A DNA stretch of 64,000 nt from a virus (lineage: Duplodnaviria > Caudoviricetes): the IMG/VR virus record IMGVR_UViG_3300033463_000023, positions 64,001-128,000 of that record; one strand, 5' to 3'. Both the position numbers and the translations under genes were made by a program. The first letter of the stretch is position 1; the number at the start of each line of letters is the position of its first letter. Shown here one piece after another: positions 54,064 to 63,178 of this stretch. A model generated the notes under the pieces. That model saw nothing but the letters and a program-made list of their open reading frames with translations. It did not search any database and was not told where the DNA came from.

Positions 54064-54686
54064 AACTCTTCAAACGACTATTGGACTTTCTGAACATCCA
54101 CCCCGACAAGAACCAGCGGTGGACGCTATCGACGCTGTTCATCGTCGGGCTGTTGGATGCCTACGTCGGCCCCGCCATATCGAAAGCATGGGTGACGGAG
54201 CTGCCTGCCGAATGGCTCGCCTTCCAGTCGCTCGTCTATTCGGTGGTCGGTCTGCTGATCGGCATGATATGGAAAGGCTGGGTGCGCCGACGGGCTATCC
54301 AGTGGTTCACGGTGCTCTGCATCGTCGAGTCGGCGGCGGGCTTCTGCGTCGGCATGTGGCTCTGCTTCGTGGAGTACAACGTGTGGGTGTTGGCCATCGC
54401 CTGCCTGCTCTACGGCACGCTCGTGTCGGAGTTCATCGGCAAGTGCCTGATGACGTTCCGTCCGAAGCTTTGGAACGAGCATGAGCGCGAGGTCTATGAC
54501 AACAACAACGACGTGGTGTGCGGCATCTACTGCATTGTCGGCTACGTCTGCGCCCTGCTGTTCATGCCGTCGCTGCGGGTGGCCATGTTCATCTGGGGTC
54601 TGTGCTGCGGCATCGACAACATCGGCTGGCTCGTGGTGTATCACAAGAACAGGGAGAAGTTTTTGGAAATAGAAAAGGAGGGTTGA
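54060..54686 (+). CDS. Multi-pass membrane protein (~6 TM)
   Basis: Start 54060; alternating hydrophobic helices. Confidence 0.75.
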   Translation: MKLFKRLLDFLNIHPDKNQRWTLSTLFIVGLLDAYVGPAISKAWVTELPAEWLAFQSLVYSVVGLLIGMIWKGWVRRRAIQWFTVLCIVESAAGFCVGMWLCFVEYNVWVLAIACLLYGTLVSEFIGKCLMTFRPKLWNEHEREVYDNNNDVVCGIYCIVGYVCALLFMPSLRVAMFIWGLCCGIDNIGWLVVYHKNREKFLEIEKEG

Positions 54687-54688
54687 CT

Positions 54689-55171
54689 ATGGGACTGATA
54701 GACCAAATGAAGTATGCCAAGATACTGTATCTGGCGGACGTGCTGGAGGACATCCAGAACGAGATGAGCAGGGACTACCGATGCCACAGCTATGCCGAGA
54801 GTATCAATGGCATCGTGAAAGACCTGCGCGAGACGATAGCCGGCACTTCGGCGCCAAACGAAATGGAGTGCGAGAAGTTCGAAATCAAGCTACTGGAGCA
54901 TTGTCGCAAAGCCAACATGATGGACTTCCCGCGTAATGAACTTGAGCAAATCAAGTTTCTTCATACTCGCGCTGTCGAAGACGAACTGTTGCAATTCATC
55001 AGGAAGAACAAGCTGATTCGTGTCTGCAAGCACGAGGATGACAATGGAAACATGACGTTCGCCGCCTCGCTGATAGTCGGAATTGAAAAGCAGCCTTACG
55101 TTCCGCAAGAGCAGCCGCTGACTCCCGTGGACGGCCTGGCGAAATGGATGGACGAAATGGATGAGGACTGA
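54689..55171 (+). CDS. Hypothetical protein
   Basis: MGLIDQMKY... Confidence 0.6.
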   Translation: MGLIDQMKYAKILYLADVLEDIQNEMSRDYRCHSYAESINGIVKDLRETIAGTSAPNEMECEKFEIKLLEHCRKANMMDFPRNELEQIKFLHTRAVEDELLQFIRKNKLIRVCKHEDDNGNMTFAASLIVGIEKQPYVPQEQPLTPVDGLAKWMDEMDED

Positions 55172-55198
55172 CAACGAATTAAACAGATTATACGAATT

Positions 55199-55426
55199 AT
55201 GGAAAAGGTGAAGTACAAAGTACGTTCCGACAGTTCAAAGACACCGTGCCCTCACGGCATGATGGCAACCTGCATCAACTGCCGTATCACGAAGCCACAC
55301 ATCGTCCATGTCGGCTCGTGGATGGAAAGGGACTGTCCTTTCTTTGCGGGCGAAGTTATAGGAAAGAACGAGGTGCTTTGCAACTACATGCCAACAGACA
55401 TATTCAAAATATACAATTCAAGATGA
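55199..55426 (+). CDS. Small Cys-rich hypothetical protein
   Basis: 75-aa ORF overlapping the next start. Confidence 0.5.
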   Translation: MEKVKYKVRSDSSKTPCPHGMMATCINCRITKPHIVHVGSWMERDCPFFAGEVIGKNEVLCNYMPTDIFKIYNSR

Positions 55427-57081
55427 ACAACATCGAACTACTTTACATCGACCTCTTCTGTGGGGCGGGCGGCACGTCGAGCGGCGTGGAGTACGCCACG
55501 GTGGACGGCAGGAAGTGCGCCGAGGTGATAGCGTGCGTGAACCACGACGCAAACGCCATCAAGAGCCATGCGGCGAACCATCCGAAGACGATGCACTTCA
55601 CCGAGGACATCCGCACGCTGGACCTGGCACCGTTAGTGAAGCACCTACAGAGGATGAAAAAGAAGCACCCACGGGCGAAGGTTGTATTGTGGGCCTCGCT
55701 GGAATGCACGAACTTCTCGAAGGCGAAGGGCGGTCAGCCCCGCGACGCAGACAGCCGCACGCTGGCCGAGCACCTGTTCCGCTACATCGAGGCCATCGAC
55801 CCCGACTACATCCAGATCGAGAACGTCGAGGAGTTCATGTGCTGGGGCGACCTCGACGAGAACGGACACCCCATCTCGCGCTTCGAGGGACGCAGCTACA
55901 TGCGGTGGGTGAAGCACGTGACGGACTACGGCTACGACTACGACTGGCGCCTGCTGAACGCTGCCGACTTCGGGGCCTACACCTCGCGCAAGCGGTTCTT
56001 CGGGCAGTTTGCCAGAAAGGGACTGCCGATAGCGTTTCCCGTGCAGACTCATGCGAAGATGCCGAGCGACCTGTACCCCAACAAGGATAATCCAAAGGGC
56101 TTTTATCCTACGCCTGACTGGCACGAGCTGTTCCCCGGCTTCTATCTGCCTTGGAAGCCCGTCCGCGAGGTGCTCGACCTGGAGGACGAGGGAGAGAGCA
56201 TCTTCACGAAGAAGAAACCGCTGTGCGAGAAGACGCTGGAGCGCATCTATGCCGGACTCATCAAGTTCGTGGCGGGAGGCAAGGAGCGTCACGAGGCATG
56301 GATATTGAAATACAACTCCACTAATCAGGACGGCCATCACAACCCGCCAAGCATTGACGAACCGTGTCCTACGGTGGCCGTTCAGAACCGCCTCGGACTG
56401 GTTAAGGCTCAGTTCCTCTCGAAGCAATTCAGCGGCGACCCGATGTCGAAGAACCAGGGCATCGACCGCCCGGCGGGAACCGTCACCTGCAGGGATCACC
56501 ACGCCTTCGTCACCGCATATTATGGTAACGGCTTCAGCCAGTCGGTGGACGAGCCCGCGCCGACGGTCACGACGAAGGACCGCATAGCACTGGTGACGAG
56601 CCGGTTCATCGCCAACGAGTACAGCGGTGGCGGTCAGCTATCCGACATCAACCAGCCGTGCCCCGCCGTGCTGACTACACCGAAGCAGAAGGTGGTGTCG
56701 GCCCAGTACCTGATGAACCCCCAGTTTGCCAGTGCAGGCGGCAGCATCGACAAGCCCTGCTTCACGCTGATAGCCCGCATGGACAAGATGCCGCCCTACC
56801 TGGTGAGCACCGAGCAGGGCGTGGGCATCGCCATCTACGAGGACGACAGCCCCATGACGCGCAAGGTGAAGGAGTTCATGGCCATGTACGGCATCGTCGA
56901 CATCAAGATGCGGATGCTGAAGATCGTCGAGCTGAAGCGCATCATGGGCTTCCCGGAGGACTACACCCTCATCGGCACGCAGGCCGAGCAGAAGAAGTTC
57001 ATCGGCAACGCCGTCGAGGTAAACATGAGCCGCGTGCTCTGCGAGGCCCTGGCAAGGAAACTAATGGATAAAGCAGCATAA
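55423..57081 (+). CDS. C5-cytosine DNA methyltransferase
   Basis: IDLFCGAGG (motif I), SLEC (IV), IENVEEF (VI), TSRKRFF (VIII), IGNAV (X); start 55423. Confidence 0.93.
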   Translation: MNNIELLYIDLFCGAGGTSSGVEYATVDGRKCAEVIACVNHDANAIKSHAANHPKTMHFTEDIRTLDLAPLVKHLQRMKKKHPRAKVVLWASLECTNFSKAKGGQPRDADSRTLAEHLFRYIEAIDPDYIQIENVEEFMCWGDLDENGHPISRFEGRSYMRWVKHVTDYGYDYDWRLLNAADFGAYTSRKRFFGQFARKGLPIAFPVQTHAKMPSDLYPNKDNPKGFYPTPDWHELFPGFYLPWKPVREVLDLEDEGESIFTKKKPLCEKTLERIYAGLIKFVAGGKERHEAWILKYNSTNQDGHHNPPSIDEPCPTVAVQNRLGLVKAQFLSKQFSGDPMSKNQGIDRPAGTVTCRDHHAFVTAYYGNGFSQSVDEPAPTVTTKDRIALVTSRFIANEYSGGGQLSDINQPCPAVLTTPKQKVVSAQYLMNPQFASAGGSIDKPCFTLIARMDKMPPYLVSTEQGVGIAIYEDDSPMTRKVKEFMAMYGIVDIKMRMLKIVELKRIMGFPEDYTLIGTQAEQKKFIGNAVEVNMSRVLCEALARKLMDKAA

Positions 57082-57106
57082 TAACATCAACTAATAATTT
57101 ACGGCT

Positions 57107-57373
57107 ATGCTATATTTGAGTGAACTTTACGGACGCATCGGGCAGATACTGCGCGAGCACGGAGACATGGAGGTGGCGAGAATGCAAAATGTGCATATTG
57201 ACGGACTGACGAACGCCTACTCCGGCTTCATGGAGTATGACAACACGGACTTCTACATCCATCAGTCGGACGTCACAGAGGGCAACGGCGAGAGCGGCAA
57301 GGTCATCGCCAGCCGCAAGCGCTTCGTGATAAACCCCTACGGCAATGGGAAGAGGAACAAGGAGATGTATTAG
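57107..57373 (+). CDS. Hypothetical protein
   Basis: 88-aa ORF. Confidence 0.55.
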   Translation: MLYLSELYGRIGQILREHGDMEVARMQNVHIDGLTNAYSGFMEYDNTDFYIHQSDVTEGNGESGKVIASRKRFVINPYGNGKRNKEMY

Positions 57374-57401
57374 ACAACGGATTAAACGAATATCATGAAT
57401 T

Positions 57402-58067
57402 ATGAAACTGAAATACAAATGGCATTCGTATAGAGACGTGTACGAACGGGAGGTAGAGGTTCCTGACGATACAGTTTTCATCCATGTGGACGGTGATATA
57501 GGGCCTGGCCTGCATCACGGGTTCGGGCATTATCTTGGCGGCTCCATGCAGGAGACGGAGGATGAATTGAGGTGCGACGGACTGCGCCGCTACAAGGAGT
57601 TCCCAGACATAACGCTGTTCGCATTCAACAACGTCGTGTTCGAGACGGAGATCAACGTCATCCAGTCAGATGAGTTCTACAGCCGCTTCGACATCGGCAG
57701 CTACTATATCTTTTACTATACCAGGGAAAAGATGATACCTAAAATCATCGAGGATGGCAACAATATAACGATTTCTCCGATAAAGACAATCCCCGCCCGT
57801 CTGGTGTCAGCCTCCAAGATTGTAAGTATCAGGTCCCAGTATCTGGTGGATGCGATGACATGTACGGTCAGCAGCTGGCTTGACTTTGACAACAGGGAGG
57901 TGAAAGGGATATCTCTCAACAAAGACCTGTTCCTGTTCAATATCCTTGACGAGAACTACGGCGACGTGGTGGTCAAAAAGGATTGTGACAAGGAATATAC
58001 CGAGGCGATGAACCAGGTGCTGAGCGTGGTGGGGAAGAAGTTGAACGTGGAAGAAACAACGGATTAA
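57402..58067 (+). CDS. Hypothetical protein
   Basis: 221-aa ORF. Confidence 0.65.
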   Translation: MKLKYKWHSYRDVYEREVEVPDDTVFIHVDGDIGPGLHHGFGHYLGGSMQETEDELRCDGLRRYKEFPDITLFAFNNVVFETEINVIQSDEFYSRFDIGSYYIFYYTREKMIPKIIEDGNNITISPIKTIPARLVSASKIVSIRSQYLVDAMTCTVSSWLDFDNREVKGISLNKDLFLFNILDENYGDVVVKKDCDKEYTEAMNQVLSVVGKKLNVEETTD

Positions 58068-58083
58068 ACGGATTAAACGGATT

Positions 58084-58506
58084 ATGGGAGAACAACCACA
58101 ATTACTACAGATCTTCGATCGGGACGGAAAGCCGGTGGCCGTGCTGCCGGACTGCCAGGTTGAACTGACAGAGAAACCGTTGCCGGAGGGAACCCCCGGC
58201 GAATGGAGCCACGGGTTCAGCATGGAATGGACGGGGAACTGCACCGTGCTGGCAGAGACTGAGAATATCCATCAGCTGATGAACAGGCTGTCGCGCTCCA
58301 TGCGCTTCGACCGCAAGACGCTGCGCAGGCTGTTCCACGCCGTCACGCACCGCAAGCAGGTATGGTTCGACGTGGTGATAGAGTTCGGGGACGGCACCAT
58401 CGACGAGGGTGGTCTTATCGTCAGGACCCCGCGCGAGCTACGGTTTCTGCTCAACAAGATACGCCACATCAGGACACAGTACAAGATTAGCGACAGGGAG
58501 GACTGA
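58084..58506 (+). CDS. Hypothetical protein
   Basis: 140-aa ORF. Confidence 0.6.
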   Translation: MGEQPQLLQIFDRDGKPVAVLPDCQVELTEKPLPEGTPGEWSHGFSMEWTGNCTVLAETENIHQLMNRLSRSMRFDRKTLRRLFHAVTHRKQVWFDVVIEFGDGTIDEGGLIVRTPRELRFLLNKIRHIRTQYKISDRED

Positions 58507-58509
58507 CTT

Positions 58510-58995
58510 ATGGACACGCGACAGCAGCATAACGCAAATGTCTCGTCGGACGAGTGGTACACGCCGAGGTGGATCATCGAGGAGCTGGGACCGTTCGACC
58601 TCGACCCGTGCTCGCCCGTGGTGAAGCCCTACGAGATAGCGCCCGTGTCGTACACGAAGGAGGACGACGGGCTGGCGCACGACTGGCACGGTACGGTGTG
58701 GATGAACCCGCCGTACAGCCGTAAGCCGCTTCGGGCTTTCTGCGAGAAGATGGCGGCGCACGGCGACGGCATCGCCCTGCTGGCCAACCGCCAGGACAAC
58801 CTGCTCTGGCAGGAGGTGATCTTCCCTTCCGCACGCTCGATGATCTTCATGCGCCACCGCGTGAAGTTCATCCATCCGGAAGGCAGGAAGTCGTCGCCGT
58901 TCACAGGGTCATGCCTCGTGGCCTGGGGCGACGAGTGCGACAGACGGCTGCGCGAGAGCAAGATAGAAGGGAAATATGTGGTATTAAACTTATAG
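58510..58995 (+). CDS. Phage N6-adenine DNA methyltransferase (phage Dam-type)
   Basis: DEWYTP, FDLDPC, DDGL, WMNPPY. Confidence 0.9.
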   Translation: MDTRQQHNANVSSDEWYTPRWIIEELGPFDLDPCSPVVKPYEIAPVSYTKEDDGLAHDWHGTVWMNPPYSRKPLRAFCEKMAAHGDGIALLANRQDNLLWQEVIFPSARSMIFMRHRVKFIHPEGRKSSPFTGSCLVAWGDECDRRLRESKIEGKYVVLNL

Positions 58996-59019
58996 AACAG
59001 CTTTTAAACATTTACGACT

Positions 59020-59667
59020 ATGGCAAAGAAAGAAGAATTTACGCCGAACGGCTCCGTTACGGTGGACGGAGCGGAGATCAAGACCTACGGGCAGGAGATC
59101 ACCAGCTGCAACGTCATCGGGGTGGAAGTCGGCACCACCGGGCTTATGGGCGGCGACACGGGACACGGCGGACGGACGTACTTCAGGATCTCCGACGTGT
59201 CCTGTACCGACATCCGGTGCAGGGTGAGCGGCCACCGCCTGGACCCGTACCAGTACGAGGAGGTGAACTTCGACGACGTCAGGAGCGTCGAGATCATCCT
59301 CGGAGGCGACACGGAGCTCAGCACGTTCTGCGAGGCCCTGCGCATCGGCTACGAGGTGCTGAGCCGCGATGCGGGCAGCGTAGACGTCTACGAGCCGCAG
59401 ATGTCCCACAAGGAGACGCAGCAGGCGAACTTCGCGATGTACGTCAACGAGCTCTGCGAATACTACCGCAAGAACCGCACGCTGAAGGGGAAGGGCAGGA
59501 TCCGCGAGAAGTACAGGGTGTCCGACATCAGCGTGCAGCAGTTCTTCGAGTGCGACCTGCACAAGGCGGAGGGCTACGTGCCGCAGGACTTCTGCAACCG
59601 CGTCTACGCCTTCGTGCTCGACACGACGAAGGCCGTCCCGGCGCCTAAATATGACGAAGCGATATGA
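59020..59667 (+). CDS. Hypothetical protein
   Basis: 215 aa, GTTGLMGGDTGHGGRT motif. Confidence 0.7.
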   Translation: MAKKEEFTPNGSVTVDGAEIKTYGQEITSCNVIGVEVGTTGLMGGDTGHGGRTYFRISDVSCTDIRCRVSGHRLDPYQYEEVNFDDVRSVEIILGGDTELSTFCEALRIGYEVLSRDAGSVDVYEPQMSHKETQQANFAMYVNELCEYYRKNRTLKGKGRIREKYRVSDISVQQFFECDLHKAEGYVPQDFCNRVYAFVLDTTKAVPAPKYDEAI

Positions 59668-60134
59668 AGACAATATACATCAGCGGGCCTATAACGGACC
59701 AGGCGACAGGCCAGCCGCGCGAGGGCTGGCAGCAGGACTTCCTCGACGCGGAGCAGAAGCTGCGGCGGATGGGGTTCCATGTGATCAACCCCGTGGACAT
59801 CGCACGGGAGGTGGACGAAGCCAACAGGTGGCAATATGAATGCACGTCTCATCCTTGCACCTGTAATGGCGAGCCGACACCGCCCGGCCGCGCCGACTAC
59901 ATCATGGCGTGCCTGCAGCGCATGAAGCTGAGCCACTCGCTCGACCGCCTGCACGGCGTATATGTCATCGGCAAAGCCATTGCGTGCCAGGCATCCCACG
60001 GCGTGCAGTTGGAGCTATTGATGGCCGACCTGCTGGGCTTGCCCATCTATGCGGACTGCTTCGACGGCGGGCGTGTGAACTGCTTCGTCGCCTTGCAGCC
60101 CGGCAACGGGATACTTGAACTCATAAACGACTGA
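59664..60134 (+). CDS. DUF4406 / nucleoside-deoxyribosyltransferase-like protein
   Basis: IYISGPIT...F..AEQKL...G..VINP...SHGVQLE. Confidence 0.75.
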   Translation: MKTIYISGPITDQATGQPREGWQQDFLDAEQKLRRMGFHVINPVDIAREVDEANRWQYECTSHPCTCNGEPTPPGRADYIMACLQRMKLSHSLDRLHGVYVIGKAIACQASHGVQLELLMADLLGLPIYADCFDGGRVNCFVALQPGNGILELIND

Positions 60135-60171
60135 ATGATATGGAAATGGAACAGTATGTAACCAAATAATT

Positions 60172-61020
60172 ATGGAAGAATTGAAGATCAACGGCAAGGC
60201 CATCTACACCACCAAGGGGGCGGCCAGGGAGTACGGGCGTGTGGGCTGCAACTTCTACACAGGTTGCCCGCATGAGTGCAGCTACTGCTGTCTGAAACGC
60301 GGCGCACCGAGCAGGCAGCTCGGCGGCAACGTCGTGCAGCTGAAGAAGTGCTTCAAGGACGAGGACGATGCGCTGGAGAAGTTCAGGAAGGAAATTGTGA
60401 GAAATATGGACGTGGTTTGTAAGACGGGCGTGTTCTTTTCGTTCACCACTGACCCGATGATACCTGAGACACAGTGGATGACCATGGCCGCAATTAAGGA
60501 AGCAGTCAAACTTTACGTCCCCGTCTATGTATTAACAAAGGGTGCCTCGTTTGTCTACGAAGAGTGCCTGATGGACGAACTGGATGCAATGATTACGAGA
60601 TGTCATCTCATCCATTTCGGCTTCACGCTGACAGGACGCGACGACATGGAGCCAAAAGCGAGCTGTAACCTCGATCGCATCAAAGCTATGCGAATCCTTC
60701 ACAAGTATCACTTTCCGACATGGGCCTCGATAGAGCCCATCATCGACTGGCAGCACGCCAACATGGCCGTGGAGATGTCGCTCGACTGCTGCGACCACTA
60801 CAAGATCGGCCTGCGCTCCGGCGTCGGGAAGGACTACTACAACCTCCCCCAGAGCGCCTTGTGGCTCGACGACCTGACGAAGAAGATCACCGAAGCTGGA
60901 AAGACGGTCTATCTGAAGGAATCTGCCCGCAAGCTGCTGCTGCAGTGCTGCCAGGAACACTACTACAACGAGATTCTCTCCCGCACCGTCGACATGGACG
61001 GCAACCCGGTAGCCGTATAA
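60172..61020 (+). CDS. Radical SAM protein (SPL-like/phage type)
   Basis: NFYTGCPHECSYC, SFTTDP, LTK, SIEPI. Confidence 0.85.
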   Translation: MEELKINGKAIYTTKGAAREYGRVGCNFYTGCPHECSYCCLKRGAPSRQLGGNVVQLKKCFKDEDDALEKFRKEIVRNMDVVCKTGVFFSFTTDPMIPETQWMTMAAIKEAVKLYVPVYVLTKGASFVYEECLMDELDAMITRCHLIHFGFTLTGRDDMEPKASCNLDRIKAMRILHKYHFPTWASIEPIIDWQHANMAVEMSLDCCDHYKIGLRSGVGKDYYNLPQSALWLDDLTKKITEAGKTVYLKESARKLLLQCCQEHYYNEILSRTVDMDGNPVAV

Positions 61021-61057
61021 TCCGCGGTTCAATACACAGAGTGAGATGATATAAAAA

Positions 61058-61087
61058 GACACGGGGCGCATCGCTGCGGCCCGTGTC
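61058..61087. terminator. Hairpin between convergent operons
   Basis: gacacggg...cccgtgtc preceded by an A-run. Confidence 0.6.
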
Positions 61088-61179
61088 ACGTTGTCTAACA
61101 TTTAAAAAGTACTATTCAACTTTGAACGAATCAACTTTGTTATGTGGTAATTCGAATATGTGGTTGTTTGAGTGTTGGT

Positions 61180-63108
61180 CTATGCCTGTTCGCCTGCGAC
61201 GGTCTCGACGATGCCGGTCTTGCTGTTGTCGAGCGTCGTGAGCGTCATCTGCTTGATGTGCCACTCGGCGCAGCCGTCGTTGTCCCATCCGTTGAACCTG
61301 AGCACGCTGTCGAGGAATCCCTCGTACAGCCGCTGCTTCGGGTTCAGCTGCTGCTGCTTCAGCAGGGCCATCTCGCGCAGGGCCGTACCGCCGTTGGAGG
61401 CCTGCACCATCGGCACGCCGACCAGGCGCGGGTCGACCTTCAGGGCGAGGAAGATGGGCGACGTGGAGAGCTCCAGCTCCTCCTTGCCCGCCTTCGCCTC
61501 GTCGTTCACGATGTCCTTGATGTCGACGATCTCGACGTTGTGGTGCTCCTTGCCGTCCGGGCCGAGCCACATCCACTGGCGCATGTACTTGCCCTGGTTC
61601 TCTCGGTGCTGCAGGAAGTCCTCCATCGACTGCTCCAGCTCGTCGACGAACTCCCGCTGCTTCTCCAGGTTGTCGTTGTACCCCTCGTCGGCGAACACCT
61701 GGTCGAGGTAGTCAAGGCTTATGTAGAGGATACGGCCCCAGCTGGTGCGGTTCTCGCGCTGCTTGTACTTGTCGTAGAGAATGGTGGCGGAGAAGTCGAA
61801 GGCCTTGCTGGTAAACACGCTCCACCATGCGGGCTGGGGATAGTATGGCTTGTTGAGCGACGGGTAGAACGTCGGGCAGACCACCCACATGGGCCGTTTG
61901 CCTGCCGCCGTCTTCTGGTTCGACTCGACGATGTTGCGCATGTCGCGCAGCAGGTGCTGCGGCATGCAGGCCGGGAACATCTTTATTTTCATCGACTCGG
62001 GCGACACGACACGGGCGGTTGTGGCTCCGAGCGTGCGCCACTGGTCGCTGAAATAGCAGTTGTTGATATGGCGCGTGTCGTTCATCTTCTCGAGGCGTGT
62101 CGAATGTGCCGGAAGGAACGAGACCGAGTTGATGACCGGATCCCAGACGCCCCTCGTCCCCTTGTTGTCGAAGCCGACGGTGGGGAAGTAGATGTCGAGC
62201 ATCACGTCGTCCTGCATGCACTGCGAGATGTGCAGGTTCAGGTTGTTCTCTTCCAGGAACTCCCTGATGCCAATGATATGGCGGTCGTTGCCGAGGGCAT
62301 CCTTCACGTCCCTGCCGTACCACGTGCGCTGCCACTCGGTGAGCCGCCCGCGCCAGTAGTCGCTGTTGTGGCGCGTCGAGAGCGGGCGGATGTCGTCCAC
62401 CTTCAGCGACTCCTCGCCGGGCTCCAGACCTCCTCTCTCCTGCCGTTCCAGGATCTTCTCGGCCGTCTGTATCATCATCAGGCCGTAGTTGGTTGTCACG
62501 TAGTCGCCGATCAGGTTCCTAAGGCTGGCGCGCTGGCTGGCCTTGCTATCGTTAAAGCTGACGCGCACAGTGCCCTCTTCCTCCTGCTGGCGCTCCTTCT
62601 CCTCCTCCTGCTCGATCAGCTCCACCAGCTTCCACTCCGCCGTGCGGAAGTCGGCCAGCGAGCCGTCCGGGAAGCGGTACATCAGCGCCGGCCCGAGACC
62701 GGAGGCGAGGTCTGCCAGATAGCTCAGCGGCGCGGCGGTGTAGGGTGACGACTGCGCCAGCGGCGGGATGACGCTCGGCGTGGCGTTGTTCGGGCCCCAC
62801 TTCACGTAGCCGAGTCCCATCGGCTTGCCGTCCCTGCCGGTGACGGGCACCACGGTGTCCGTGCGCTCGTCGAAGCCCCAGGCTACCTTCGACAGCGGCC
62901 CGTTAGACCACGCGCCGCAGCCCATCGCGCCGGCCATGGCGTCGGCCGCCTTGTCGCCAGGATCCTTGTCGCCGAGGGTGACGGAGCCCGCCTTGCCCTT
63001 CTTCAGCACGTCGATGCTCACGAAGCCCTTCTTCGTCAGTGAGTTGTGGATGCGCTCCAGTCCCTTGACGGAGCTCGCCTTATGGGTCTTGATGCCTTTG
63101 TCTGCCAT
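61180..63108 (-). CDS. Portal protein
   Basis: 642 aa directly after terminase; YVKWGPNN.TP, YYPQPAW, VDPRLVG motifs typical of Bacteroidales phage portals. Confidence 0.75.
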   Translation of the reverse strand: MADKGIKTHKASSVKGLERIHNSLTKKGFVSIDVLKKGKAGSVTLGDKDPGDKAADAMAGAMGCGAWSNGPLSKVAWGFDERTDTVVPVTGRDGKPMGLGYVKWGPNNATPSVIPPLAQSSPYTAAPLSYLADLASGLGPALMYRFPDGSLADFRTAEWKLVELIEQEEEKERQQEEEGTVRVSFNDSKASQRASLRNLIGDYVTTNYGLMMIQTAEKILERQERGGLEPGEESLKVDDIRPLSTRHNSDYWRGRLTEWQRTWYGRDVKDALGNDRHIIGIREFLEENNLNLHISQCMQDDVMLDIYFPTVGFDNKGTRGVWDPVINSVSFLPAHSTRLEKMNDTRHINNCYFSDQWRTLGATTARVVSPESMKIKMFPACMPQHLLRDMRNIVESNQKTAAGKRPMWVVCPTFYPSLNKPYYPQPAWWSVFTSKAFDFSATILYDKYKQRENRTSWGRILYISLDYLDQVFADEGYNDNLEKQREFVDELEQSMEDFLQHRENQGKYMRQWMWLGPDGKEHHNVEIVDIKDIVNDEAKAGKEELELSTSPIFLALKVDPRLVGVPMVQASNGGTALREMALLKQQQLNPKQRLYEGFLDSVLRFNGWDNDGCAEWHIKQMTLTTLDNSKTGIVETVAGEQA

Positions 63109-63131
63109 AATCGTTCGTCTTTATTCTGCCT

Positions 63132-63167
63132 GCAAGATAGCGTGCGCAGGCGCGGAAAGCAAGGGCA
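63132..63167 (-). promoter_or_regulatory. Candidate phage late promoter, copy 5
   Basis: TGCCCTTG-N20-TATCTTGC upstream of portal ATG 63108. Confidence 0.7.
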
Positions 63168-63178
63168 GCCGGGGTTTG

